Below are positions 49,001 to 61,000 of a stretch of 64,000 nt of DNA, piece after piece. A program made the position numbers and the translations under genes. Source of the stretch: Lama guanicoe (taxonomy: Eukaryota); contig MU056134.1 of assembly GCA_013239625.1 (NCBI GenBank), positions 3,422,477-3,486,476 on the forward strand. The letters are read 5' to 3'. The notes beneath the pieces are model-generated. The model was not told the origin of the DNA. It saw nothing but the letters and a program-made list of their open reading frames with translations, and ran no database searches. The stretch's first letter is position 1, and each line of letters starts with the position of its first letter.

Positions 49001-52000
49001 TGCTCAAGAACCTCCCATAGGCTCCTGGGTTTGAACAACATACTTCCTTGCTTGGCATTCAAGGCCTTCTAAGATCTGAATCCTGGAAACTTCCAGTCTT
49101 ATTTCTCATACATTACTCTAATCCACCTACCCTCCTCCCACCCTGGCCCCACCACCATCCTGCCCTGAGCCTCAGTCTTCTGCTTCCATGAACTGACTAC
49201 TTCATTAATACCATGATCCCAGTGCACCAGGGTGCCAGATTCTTCTCTCAAGCCAGAGGTGGCCAGAGAGGAGCTGGGGCCATCCAGGGACTCAGCAGAG
49301 AACAACCCTTATTCAAGCTGTCTGTGTACCTGCCAACTGAGTCTTCCCAGCCCAGCTGAGCAGAGATCAGCCATTTGCAGCCAAGTGTCTGGCGAGGTCT
49401 TTGTGGAAGGCCCCAGCAACGCCCCGGGGGCTCAGGCCTGTTGATTGAGTAANNNNNNNNNNNNNNNNNNNNNNNNNNNNNNNNNNNNNNNNNNNNNNNN
49501 NNNNNNNNNNNNNNNNNNNNNNNNNNNNNNNNNNNNNNNNNNNNNNNNNNNNNNNNNNNNNNNNNNNNNNNNNNNNNNNNNNNNNNNNNNNNGAGAGAGG
49601 GGAACGTCGCCACAGGTCCACTGGGACCTACTGCAGGAAAAAAAGCTTAGCTCTGGGGGCTGAGTTGGTGATTGGAAGGGAGGGAAAGTAGATGCTCACC
49701 TGGGGATGGTCCTGGTGCTGCGGGAGGGGTAAGAACGAGAGAGTCTAACTAGAGGGGTTCATGAATGTGTGTGTGAGATGGCGAGAGAAAGAGACAGGCT
49801 CTGGGTCCAGTCCTATTGCTAATTCATTGTACACCTTCAGCGACTCACTTAAATTCTTTGGGCCTCAGTTGCTCAGTAACATCCATCTGCCCTGGCACTA
49901 CTGGGAGGGCTAAAGACGAGACACTGGGCATGAAAATGCAAAAGGCCCATTGCTGCCCTGGATAGCATCAGGGCAGTGTAGAGTCAGGGCAGGACTTTAC
50001 CTTTCTTCTGGAGTTTCTGAATTGCTTCTCTCCACTCTGACCTCTCATAGTCTGAGGACAATAGGAACAGGTAGCTCTGAAGAGAGGAGAGGGGAGCTCA
50101 GTGAGATGAACATAGTCAGACCAAGCACATTTTTGGATTTTGGGGCCCCCAACAAAGCTCCTAGCCCAGGTACCCCTAGGATTGGAGAAGAAGGTGGCCG
50201 GGATAAAGGCCTTCCTAGGAAGCTTAGTGACGGGAGTGGCCGTGCCAGTGATGGCCAGCAGAGGGCACTGGCTCCACAGCAGCAAGCAGGGAGAAAGAGC
50301 CCAGGGCGGGAACCATGGCAGCCTCCTCAGGAACTGGGGGCTTGAGTCCCTGATTCCCCCAGGTCAGGGCCAGGAGCCATAGAGAGTGGGCAGCCCTGGA
50401 CTGAGACAGGGGGCTGTCTCTGTCCCATCCCCATCCTTCCTGACCTTTCCATTCCGATTGTGGATCCGAAATGGGATTGTGGGGGAATTGAGCAGCAGCA
50501 AGAACTCATTCTCAAACATCTTCTTTTTCAGGCGCTCGATTGCCCGGCTCTGACCTTTGTTGGCTTTCTGCAGGGGACAGAGGGCACAGATGGTTCTCCT
50601 CACACTCAGACTCCACCTCTCACCCAGGAGCTCTACGTACAATAGTCCTCTGTATAGTCATCATTTTTTCCCTATATTTCATGATAATTTAATACCCTGG
50701 GGGGCCTAGCTGGCCGTGGAGAAAGCGGCCCCTCCCAGGACATGCTAATTCCTAAGCTAGTAAATGACTCCCCTGTGCGTGCACCTTTCATGTGCAAACC
50801 AACACTACCATCACCGTTAACTACACCAAGCCCATATTTCCTCTGCCCTAAATAACCCAGGGCAACTAGACATCATCACTCTAGTCCTGCTGACTTATTC
50901 AAACTAGCCTTCCTTGCCCTGCCTTTCTTTCCCATGGAAAACACAATCCAGGCTCTGGGTCATGCATCCTCCACGCTCCTTCTGCCTCTTAACCAAACCC
51001 GGCACTTTCCCTAGAGGCTCTGCTTGGCGTGGCGTGCCCCCTTCTCTTGGAAACTGTAAGTAATAAAAAATCTCCCAGTGGCATCAGCCTCTCCGGGTTG
51101 GCACTCAGTCATCTCCATAAATTAAATTAAGAGACATCTGGCTGAAAAACTGCAGACACATTTCAGCACAAAGCCCCCACTCCTGGCCTGGGACACAGGG
51201 CCATGCCCAGCCGGGTATCCCGCCAGGCAGCTCCGCACCCTCCATCTCAGCCTCATGGCATTATTATTCCCTGTTCTCTGACAAGCCATTCCCTCTTGGC
51301 CGGTGTCCCTTTCTCCTCCAGTTTTTCAAGTTTATATTTTATAAAGGATCCCTTCCCTTTCATTAACCACAATTATGCTTCATGTCTCAGTTCCAAAGCC
51401 ATCCTCAAGCTCCACAGTTAGAATTCGTCCCTGCAGCATTTTTTTTACCCACTAGACTGGCAAAATTGTAACAATTGCTCACAGCCGGTGCTGTGACAGT
51501 GTGGGGGAGCAGTGACTGTGACACACTACCAGGGGGAACGTGATCGGATGTAAACCTTTCAGAGGTGCATCTGGCAATGAAATGCACAAACCCTCTGCCC
51601 CAGACATCCCACTTGTAGGGAATCTACTGGAGAGAAATATGAGTGCAGATTGAAGAAACAATCTAAACACTCAAATACACTGTTGTGCAGTCAAGCAACA
51701 GAACAGGATGTTGCTGCTCAAAAGGATCTGCTAGATTAAACTGCAAAACAACATGTGTAGTCTAGTCTCATTAAAAAAATACACACATACACATGAAAAA
51801 ATACATATACACACACTAGCATAAGCATGGAAGAGTCTAGAAGAATACACCTCAAACTGGTAACAACGGGGAGTCTGATGATCAGTTTTACTCTATACAT
51901 TTTGGTATTGTGAGCATTTCTTGTTATAAAAAGCCAGTGTTACACTGATGATTAGAAACAAATTATGTTAAATAATATCATTCAAAGAATAAATTGCTGC

Positions 52001-55000
52001 TTCTTCAGTGACTCAGAGAACAACACTGTGCCTTCTCCAGTGACTCCTGTCATGTTGTGTCATGTGCTGTGGTCACACACGGGACTGTCTGCCTTCTCCC
52101 TTGGACAAGGAGGTCTATAAGGCGTCTGGCACATCCCTGGAGCCAGCGGCCAGCGGAGGTCAGTAAGCATGGCTTCAACTAAGCAGAAGGCCACGTCTGC
52201 ACACCTGGGGCAGGAGGAAGGGCCCGAAGCCCACCGCTCCCAGGACTGGGTGAGAAACATGAATGCAGGATGCCCCTGAGGTGGGGGTGGTGGGCAGAGC
52301 TAGATGGGGAAACAGGCTCAAATGAGGCAGGGTGGGGCCTGGCCGTTCAGGAGGAGGACACCTGTGCTGGGCAGGGTGCCCCCCCCAACCCCCGCCCCAG
52401 TCAGACCCTCAGTCCTAGGACATTCCCCTGCTGCAAACATCCCTGGGGTGATTACTGTGGTCTTCCTCTGTTCAATGAGAGATGTCTGAGTTGAAAGTAT
52501 CCTTAGAGGCCATCTGTTCATATATTCCTCAACAATCGTTCACAAAGCACCTGTGTACTATGTGCTAAGTACTGAGGCATAGAAGTGAAGAAAACAGCCC
52601 CCTTATTAGAGTTGAAATTCTAGTGAGGAAAAGAAAAGGTTGCTTGTGCAATTATAATTCAGTACCAATAAACTGAAGCACAGAGGTAACTATCAGGAAC
52701 CAGGAAGCCAGGCGCCCAACCCAGACTATAATGGGCAGACATCAGGGAAGGCTCACCAGGGGAGGTGAAGCCTAAACCGAGCCTGGATGGGTGAGAAGGA
52801 GAGACCAGGCCAACAAACCAAGCCCCTCCATGCCCTTCCTCCCACTCATGGAGACAGCTCCTCCTGGGGTGCTTTCCTCTAGCCACTGTTTTCAAATATA
52901 TGAATTTAAGGCTATACATTTTCCTCTGAAGAGCACTTTGGCTGCATCTCTTAGGTTTTGCTATGCAGTGCTCTCCTTTTCATGAAGTTCTACACAGTTT
53001 GCAGTTTCCATTTTGATTTCCTCTCTACCTTGAACGTTTTAACTTCCCAGGCATATAATGAACTACCGCTGAGTTACTGATCCTAATTTTACTGTACATG
53101 ACAGTATGCTACTGATTTTTTTTTAATTTGAGATTTCCAATGCAGCCTAATATATGATAAATGTGACTGTTCTATGTATATTTGGTTTGTTGGCCAACTG
53201 GTTTGTTGGCCTGGTCTCTCCTTCTCGCCCATCCATGTGTATTAGACAAGAGTCTCATTTCTTTGTCAGGACACAAGCTTCTGTGTGTTTTTAGATCAAC
53301 TGACATTCAAAGCCTCTGTGTATTTATTTGCCTAGTTGATCTGCACATTTCTGAGAGGACTTCCAGGTCCTACCTCTTGCATACATCCTGTTTCTCCTTA
53401 AGAGGGACTTTTTCTTCTCTTGCTTTTTTCTTTTCTACAGTGTTTGATATACACTGTTCTCCAGAAAACTTCCCATAATTAACCCCACTAAATTCTGAGC
53501 ACTGACTGACTCCTTGGCTTGCCCCTCATCTGTTCAGTACTAATCTCCATGGACAGAGTCTTTCCCTGGGTGCACAGATGTATCTTGAGGGTTATAAAGA
53601 GAGGCCTCCCATTCTTGCATCCTGCCTTCCTTGTCAGACTCCCAAACATTACAACTTCCCCTCCCTCCACCTCCCTGGCACACCCAGTTCAAAGGGCTCC
53701 CCAGAAAAACAGCCAATTTCCCTGTCCCAGCTAATGCCAGGCTCTGCTCACCTCCTTCTGAATTTCACTCTTAAGGGCAGAGATCTTCATTTTCATGTCC
53801 TCCAGCTCGTGGTCTGGGAAGGGGTGCACCTGGGGGCTGGCCTCAGACTCCTCAGGAGATGGAAACACTAGGTCAGCCAAGGGGATGTACCACTTGCAGT
53901 CATATTGCTGGTGCTTCCTGCAAACAAGTCGGAGAGAGAGGTGAGCCAGAGGGGAACTTGGATCTTCAGGCCTGAATTGCTGGAGCCAAAAACCACCTGA
54001 GGGGGATTTACTGAGAACTTGTCACAGGCAAGAATGATCTCCAAGCTTGAGAAGTCCAAATCAGGAAATGCATGTGGAACAATGATAGTCAGGTTCTAGG
54101 GTCAGGCAGCAGTAAGGGCTCTGTACCTTGGGCCTGCCGGTCTTCTGGCCCAGGACGACTGATGTTCTTAAACAGCCCAAACCTCTAGGGTATGAGCAAG
54201 AGGGGGTCTCATGCTTCCCTATTCCCCACCCCACACTCTCCCCTCCCTTCTAGCCTATCTACACTTAGTTCATATTCATTATCCTTTGGGCTAGAGCTAG
54301 AATACAGATGTTATTTTGAATGCCAACTCTTATCAATAAAGGTCATGGGGTCCTGAGTTGAGGATTATAAAGCCATATCCAAGTTTAATGGGAAATAGTG
54401 CCATGGTCGATTAATAATGTCTGCCATGGGCAAAGGACTTAAGGCAGTAGTAATATATCCTTATGACTGCCACCTCTGCTTTAGAATCCTCTCAAATCTC
54501 ATGAAGTTCCAGGGAGTCATCCTCTCTATGGAAACTCATAACAATCCCTCCTTCTGTCACTCCCCCAGGACTTTGGTGTGCACCTTCCTGCAGCACTGAG
54601 CATACAGCTTGCCTCCCCTGGCAAACAGTAGGTGATAAGGAAATATAGGTGGAAGAATGCAGGAATTAATACTGAATAACCTTTCTTGCTTATGACACAA
54701 AGAGACCCCTATCACTGGGTTTGGAGATGGAGTAGAAGCTTTTGAGTCAGATGAAGGTTCAAATCTCATCTCCTACACTTCCAGTTTGGCGACCTTGGGC
54801 AATTTATTTAATTTTTCTAAGCCTTTTCTCTCATCTGTGAGATGGGGATAATATCTACTTTGTGGAGTCACTGGGGAGATTAGAAATAATATATTCCAAG
54901 CATTTGTCATGGCACCTGGCATGGCATAAGCACTCAATAAATGGTAGCAGCAGATTTAATGAATATTCACTCAGTTGCAGTTAGCAAAAATTGAGAGATG

Positions 55001-58000
55001 TCTAATAAAAGGAGAATGCTTAAGTAAATTATGGCGTATCCACTTGTAACATCATGCAGGAAAGTAAAATGATGATTATGAAGATTAGACAGCAACAGGG
55101 AAAATGCTTATGACATGAAATGGAAAAAGCAGAGCCCCAAATTGGGTATTCACTCTGATTACAAGTATATGAAAAAACATAAGAACATTTAAAAAAAACT
55201 GGAAGGAAATATAGCAGCAGGAGACTGATGCTTATGTTCGGGTGAGTGATGGTTTTTTTTTTTTGTAATTTGGTTGTATTATCTTCATAATTAAAACCAT
55301 GATTTATTTTTAGAAAGAGGCTATGAAGTAAAATAAAATTTAATTAATATGTTTTTTAAAAAGGGAAAAAATGTAGATGGCCCCAGGTTGCTGAGAGGCT
55401 CCACAGGGGGCAGGGTTTAGTCCCCCCTCCCCACCATGTATCCCGGACTTGCACACNNNNNNNNNNNNNNNNNNNNNNNNNNNNNNNNNNNNNNNNNNNN
55501 NNNNNNNNNNNNNNNNNNNNNNNNNNNNNNNNNNNNNNNNNNNNNNNNNNNNNNNNNNNNNNNNNNNNNNNNNNNNNNNNNNNNNNNNGGGAGATGGCAC
55601 ATCCACCCTGCCTGCTCAAGGTGCAACAGCCCATGGCCCGGCCTGCACCGGTCCAGCTGGGGCAGAGGTGGGGGCTCCAGGAAGGGACCCCAGTGCATGG
55701 TGGTTAAGCGCACTGGCTTTGGGGTCATGCACTGGGGCTGGAATCCAGACTCTGCCACTTCCTGGCTGTGCTCTGGGGGGCAAGTTCCCTGACTTCTCTG
55801 AGTCTCACTCTTAGCATCTGTAAAATGGATAATGATATTTGCCCCATAAAGTAGGAGTCCTCAAGATGGTGTATGTAAAACAGCACAGTGCCTGGTATGT
55901 AATATGTGATCAACAAGTGGTAGCACTTCCCTGCAGCTCTCAACAGCTCACACGGGGATGGACCCACCCTGGGTATGAATACCCCCGCCCACTGCCATCC
56001 AGAAACCCCCCCAACCCTGCCTAAGAAGTTGATCTGGTTTCAGTACAAACTCGACCTGCAGACCCACTCAGGCCTGTTTACACTGCCTCTAAGGGGATCC
56101 CTCAACCACCTCCAGGCAGATGGGAGGCCCTGGGCTTCCCTCTGTGGGCCGTCCCAGTGTCCTGGGGAATCTGCAGCTGTCTCTCACCTGGGCTCTGGCT
56201 GGTGAAGAGCATTCTGCTCCACACAGGACTTCCAGAGCCTCCTCCCTGCCACCCTCAGGGCCCGCGGGCTTCTCCGGGGCAGTCTCAGTCCGTCCCAGGC
56301 TTCCCTGTATTCTGTGCCATGTGACCTACATATGCTGCAACATGTAGGTGAGTATGCAGAACGTATACACTTAACATGATTCGAAACTGACTGCACTCTA
56401 GGGCCTCTGAAGATCTTTCAGATGTTCCCAGAGTCAAACAAACTAGTGACACTCTAGGGTTTGCAAACCAGGGCTGGGAGCTGCACACAGGGACAGCTCT
56501 GTATGCCCCATTAATCACTCTCTAGAACCTGTCCCTCATTACTCCCTTCCCCTAGGAGACGCTGGAGGCTCATAAATGTAACAAAGGAGCATGAACTCAG
56601 CCAGCCTTCACTCCTAAACGCTACTTAATTACCTCTCCTGAACAGGAAGCCCTGCGTGGGGGCCAGGCTGCTGACCCGAGCCAGTAACTATGCCTCTGGT
56701 TCTTCATATTGCTTCCCCTCACTGAGGTACCCCCACCCTTCCACCAAAAAGGGCCCCCAGGGAACTGTAGCTGCTGCATCACATCTAGGTGCTCACTTGG
56801 GACAGTCCAGCCACCTCTTCCTCAGGCTCCCCAAGCTCCCTCAACCTGAGCCATTATCTTCCAGGGGACCCTGAGGACATCATACTGCTCAGAGCAGGGT
56901 GTTGGCATTCAAGATAGCCAGAGCCCTGGTGTGGGGGTCAGCGCATGAGGCTTGCAGACAGATAACCCCAGCTAAAGAATCCAGTTCTGACACTTACGGC
57001 CAAGAGACCTGGAGAGACTCTCCAGGCCTCAGTTTCCTCTCCTACCTCAGTGGACTATAATGAAGATCAATGGTCACTGGACTTAAAGTTGTCAGCCCAG
57101 GACCTGAAGGCCTCTCCTTGGCTGGGAATGAGGGATCAGGGTTGGAGAACCGTAGGGCATAGGGCAGTGGTGCCTGTGCATGCAGGAGAGCAGGGATGAG
57201 TGATCTGGTCCCCCATACCCTCGTCAGCCCGGGTGTGACGCTATGCTGGGTCCTGAGCTCACCTCCCCCTTGGGGGTTGTGACCGCAGTCCGGCGGGGGT
57301 CAATGTCCTCATTGATGCTGGAAAGGAAGTTCTGAGAGATGCGGAGAGCATCCTGTAGCAGCGGGTAGTCTGGGTGGTCCACAGGTGTGTGCTTCAGCAG
57401 GTCCTGGGAAGGATGGGGAGATGAGTTGGGGGGAGCAATTCTGGGGCTTAGTAAGAAGACAGTGGGGAGTGCTCAATCCTCACCAAAACAATTCTGAGTG
57501 GGTACTAAGGACCCACACTCTAACCTGGTCCTGCCTGCAAAATCTGAACTAAAAACTTAGGGTCAGAGCAGCAGGGGTGAAGGCAGTGGTACCCCTTTAT
57601 TCCTGCTGCAGTCATTATTCTTCCCCCCAGTGGCGCAGGCCACATGGAGTCTCATCTCCCCAAGCAGCTGGGAGAGATACACCCCTACTCACCCCACAGC
57701 TGCTCCAAGGACACTGGAGGCCATCAGGCAAGGAATGGGGAGGCAGGAAGTGTCTGCCTCCCAGGGAGCATTTGGCCAAAAGTCAAGCTTAGAAGCCAAG
57801 CTATTTTTAGGCCCTGGCCCCATCAGCATGGTTACCACAGGCCAGGCAGGTGCAGTCAGGGCCCAGGGACCCTCTGTCCAACTCCCCAATGGGCTGTTCT
57901 CAGTGACTCCAGCACCTGCCCACCCTGGGCTTGTCTCCCACCCAACTCCTAACCTGCCCCTGGCCATTCAGTAGGGAGACACTCACGTGTAGGACCAGGG

Positions 58001-61000
58001 TGCTCCTGGTGACTCGGTCAATGGGCTTGTAGAGCAGAGCTGTTGGAGGAGGTGGGTCAGGAGACAGGACAGATGAAATACTGGGAGCAGCTTGAGACCT
58101 TAGGGACCAGTCTTATCCCCCGACCCGTCTCCCTCCCCTGCATGGACGCCCACTCCCAGGAGGTCAAAGTGGGTTCCACAGCAGGTCACATCTCCATTTT
58201 CATCTCGGGGCAGGCCAGACAACACCAAAAGATGGACACACAGCCCTGGGGGCCCAGATCCCCTCCCACGCACCTCCTCATCTCACCCCCCACCAGATGG
58301 GATTTCTTCAAGGGCCGTCCATCCCCCACGCCTGTCCTGACCTGACTAGGCTCAAAGCAGACAAAGATGCTCCTCTGTACCCTCCATGTTGAATCACAAA
58401 GCCTTATCCCAAAGGGCTCCAGTGCACTTGGGAGCACACCTGGGACCCCAGAATGCAGGAAGGAGACACACTGTTTCTCCAAGCAGGGCGGCTCCCCCAC
58501 ACCTGATCATTCTTATATCTCCCTGGCCCCAGGCCTGGCATCACCGGCTGGAAATGGCAGGTTTCATCTGACCCACACAGTTGCCTCATCTTCATGAGGA
58601 AGACCCTTCTCCATGGCCTCAACCCCGAGTCAGAACAGGACAGGCTGAGGGCCAGGGAGGCATGGCTGATCTCCACAGAAAGGCTCTGCTCTCCAGCTTG
58701 TGGCAGCTGAGGGGCAAAGATTTCCTAAAGGAATTCAGGTGGGGCTTTGGGTAGGACAGCCCCTGGAGAGGCTGGGAAAATGCAAGCTCAGCAGGCAGGG
58801 TCCTCTTCAACCACACCCCTCAGCGACCAGGACACCAAATGAGGATTGCTAGGATTCAGCAGGGACAGGTGGAGGCGGCAGCTGGCTGACGGACTGACAC
58901 TTTCCAACAAAGCTCCTGCCAGCAGCTGTGCCCTTCCCTCCCAGCAGGGGTGGTTCATCCTCATTCCTGCACCTGGACGCCTCTGTCCATGGGGTCATGA
59001 CCTCTGTCCTCCTCCCACGGGAGCAGGAAGAGGCACGATGCTGGTCTGGGGAGGAGGATCCTAGAGTGGGTATCCTACAGGACCAGGTTGTGACAGGTCC
59101 CAGAGCTGACACTCATGCCCCTGCCAGCCCCCAAACCTTAGAGTTCCCCAAAGCCCTAGATATAAATACCGCTGTACACTGCTAACTGGACACTTTTGGG
59201 AACAGTCTGCTGGCTACGGAGTAGATGCAATCTCAGTGGTGTGCTCCAAGCCTCATCAGCAGGCTTTGCTTGGCTGCCTGTTAGCATCACTGGGGAGCTC
59301 TTCAAAGATACAGATTCCTGTTTCCCCCTCTCCCATCAACTAAACCGCAAGCTCTGCTGGGAAGAACCTGGGCATCAGCATTTTTAAAAATGCTCCTTTG
59401 CTGATTCTGACGTGTCCAATGGTTGAAAAATCACTCCTTTATGCAAATACACATCGTATGACTTAGTTGTAGCCCTTTGTTAATTTAGCAATTTCTAGAG
59501 ATCCTCCTCATGGGCTATGGAAGCTAGAGTGGACAGAACCAGGCCTGGGGTCTCCTGGCACAGTGAGGTCACAGCCCAGTTACCAGCCCAGGAGGGGGCC
59601 GGTTCTGAGGCTGTTTAGGGTACCCACCTGTGGCTCAGCCCATCTGCAAGGGGAAAACCAGAGACCAAGAAGAAGTGCAAGTTCAGCAGACACCTGCCGG
59701 GGTGGGCCCTCGAGTCCCCACCCAGGGAAAGCTGATACTGTGGTGTCAGCTCCCTCTGTCCCTCTGCCGAGTCCTGGGAGGAAGAGGTTTCTGACTAAGC
59801 TCAGAGGTCTGCACAAATGGCAGGTTGGGTTTCAGAGGGGCTATTAATATGCCTATAGTCACCTCAAGAGTCCACTTGACTGTGGCCATGGAATGAGTCC
59901 TAATGCCTCAGCACCAGGTGGGAGGAAGGGTGGGGAGAGGCAAGTGCAGGGAGAGGGCCCCAGGGCCACAGTCAGATAAGGAGGGAACCGCAGAGGCCCT
60001 GAAGTTCGTGCTCCCCAGGGCACCTGCGTGCCTGCTGCCCCTGAGCCAGCAGGGTGAAGAGCCCACCTTGCCCTTCCCCTGTTCCATGGCTCCGGCAGGC
60101 CGGCCTGCTCCCTGCCTCTGCTTCACCCACTCTCCCCGCTCCTCTCCGTGTGGTTCCTATTTCTGGAACAGACCCCATTCACCAAGTTGCAATGCCCATC
60201 TTTCCCTCTCCTCCAGAAAGCCCTCCCCGACCAGGGCAAGCGACACTCCCAGTACCTAAAAGTCAAACCCCGACACAGGCAAGCTGGCACATCTCTAGCT
60301 TGCTGAGTACTTACTCCGTGCCCAGTGACACTGTTTTACATACGTTATTTCCTTTAATTGAAAAGGGAAGCAATGATCACTAGCCCCATTTTACAGATGA
60401 GGAAACTTCTCTGAGGCACAAAGAAGTTACATAACTTGCTCACAATCACAAAGCTGTAAGGGGCAGCTGGGTTTTGAATGTAGGTCCACCCATGCTCCTA
60501 ACTTGAGCTGCCCCCTTCTGTAGGGGAGGGCAGCACCTGCGAAAGCTTGGCGGCCTTTGGGAGGATCCTGGGAAAGTTTCACAGGATGAAGTGGGTGAGC
60601 TGGCTACTCCTGTTGCCTAGGTGAGCCCCCTCCCCAGGGGCCTGGGTCACACACGACTTCCTATGCACCCCCACCACGTTTGGCACAGAGCCCTGAAGAC
60701 TGGGCACTCAGCATATAACCATTAAGACAGAAAACCGCAGCGTGAGCCCCAAGTCGCGCAGTCTCCCAGGGACTCCAGAACCAGCACCCCTTGGAGGGGC
60801 TGAGAAGATTCTTAACAGTGTGGTCAGCAAGGGCTCACTCGTTCCTGATACCTCACTTTGAAGCTGACTTCACTGCAGGGACCAAAGAAATCCTGAACTC
60901 CAGGTCACAAGTCTGTTTCACTAAAACTAAGCTTCCTTTTGGAGAAGAAAGAGGAAGTGAAGGGCTGACTGTTTCCTTTTTAGGGAGGCAGAGTTGAGTC

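Noticed and set aside
56180-56650. Tiny AG/GT-bounded segments (5, 7 and 11 nt) in intron 8
   Set aside because: Not multiples of three and weak pyrimidine tracts
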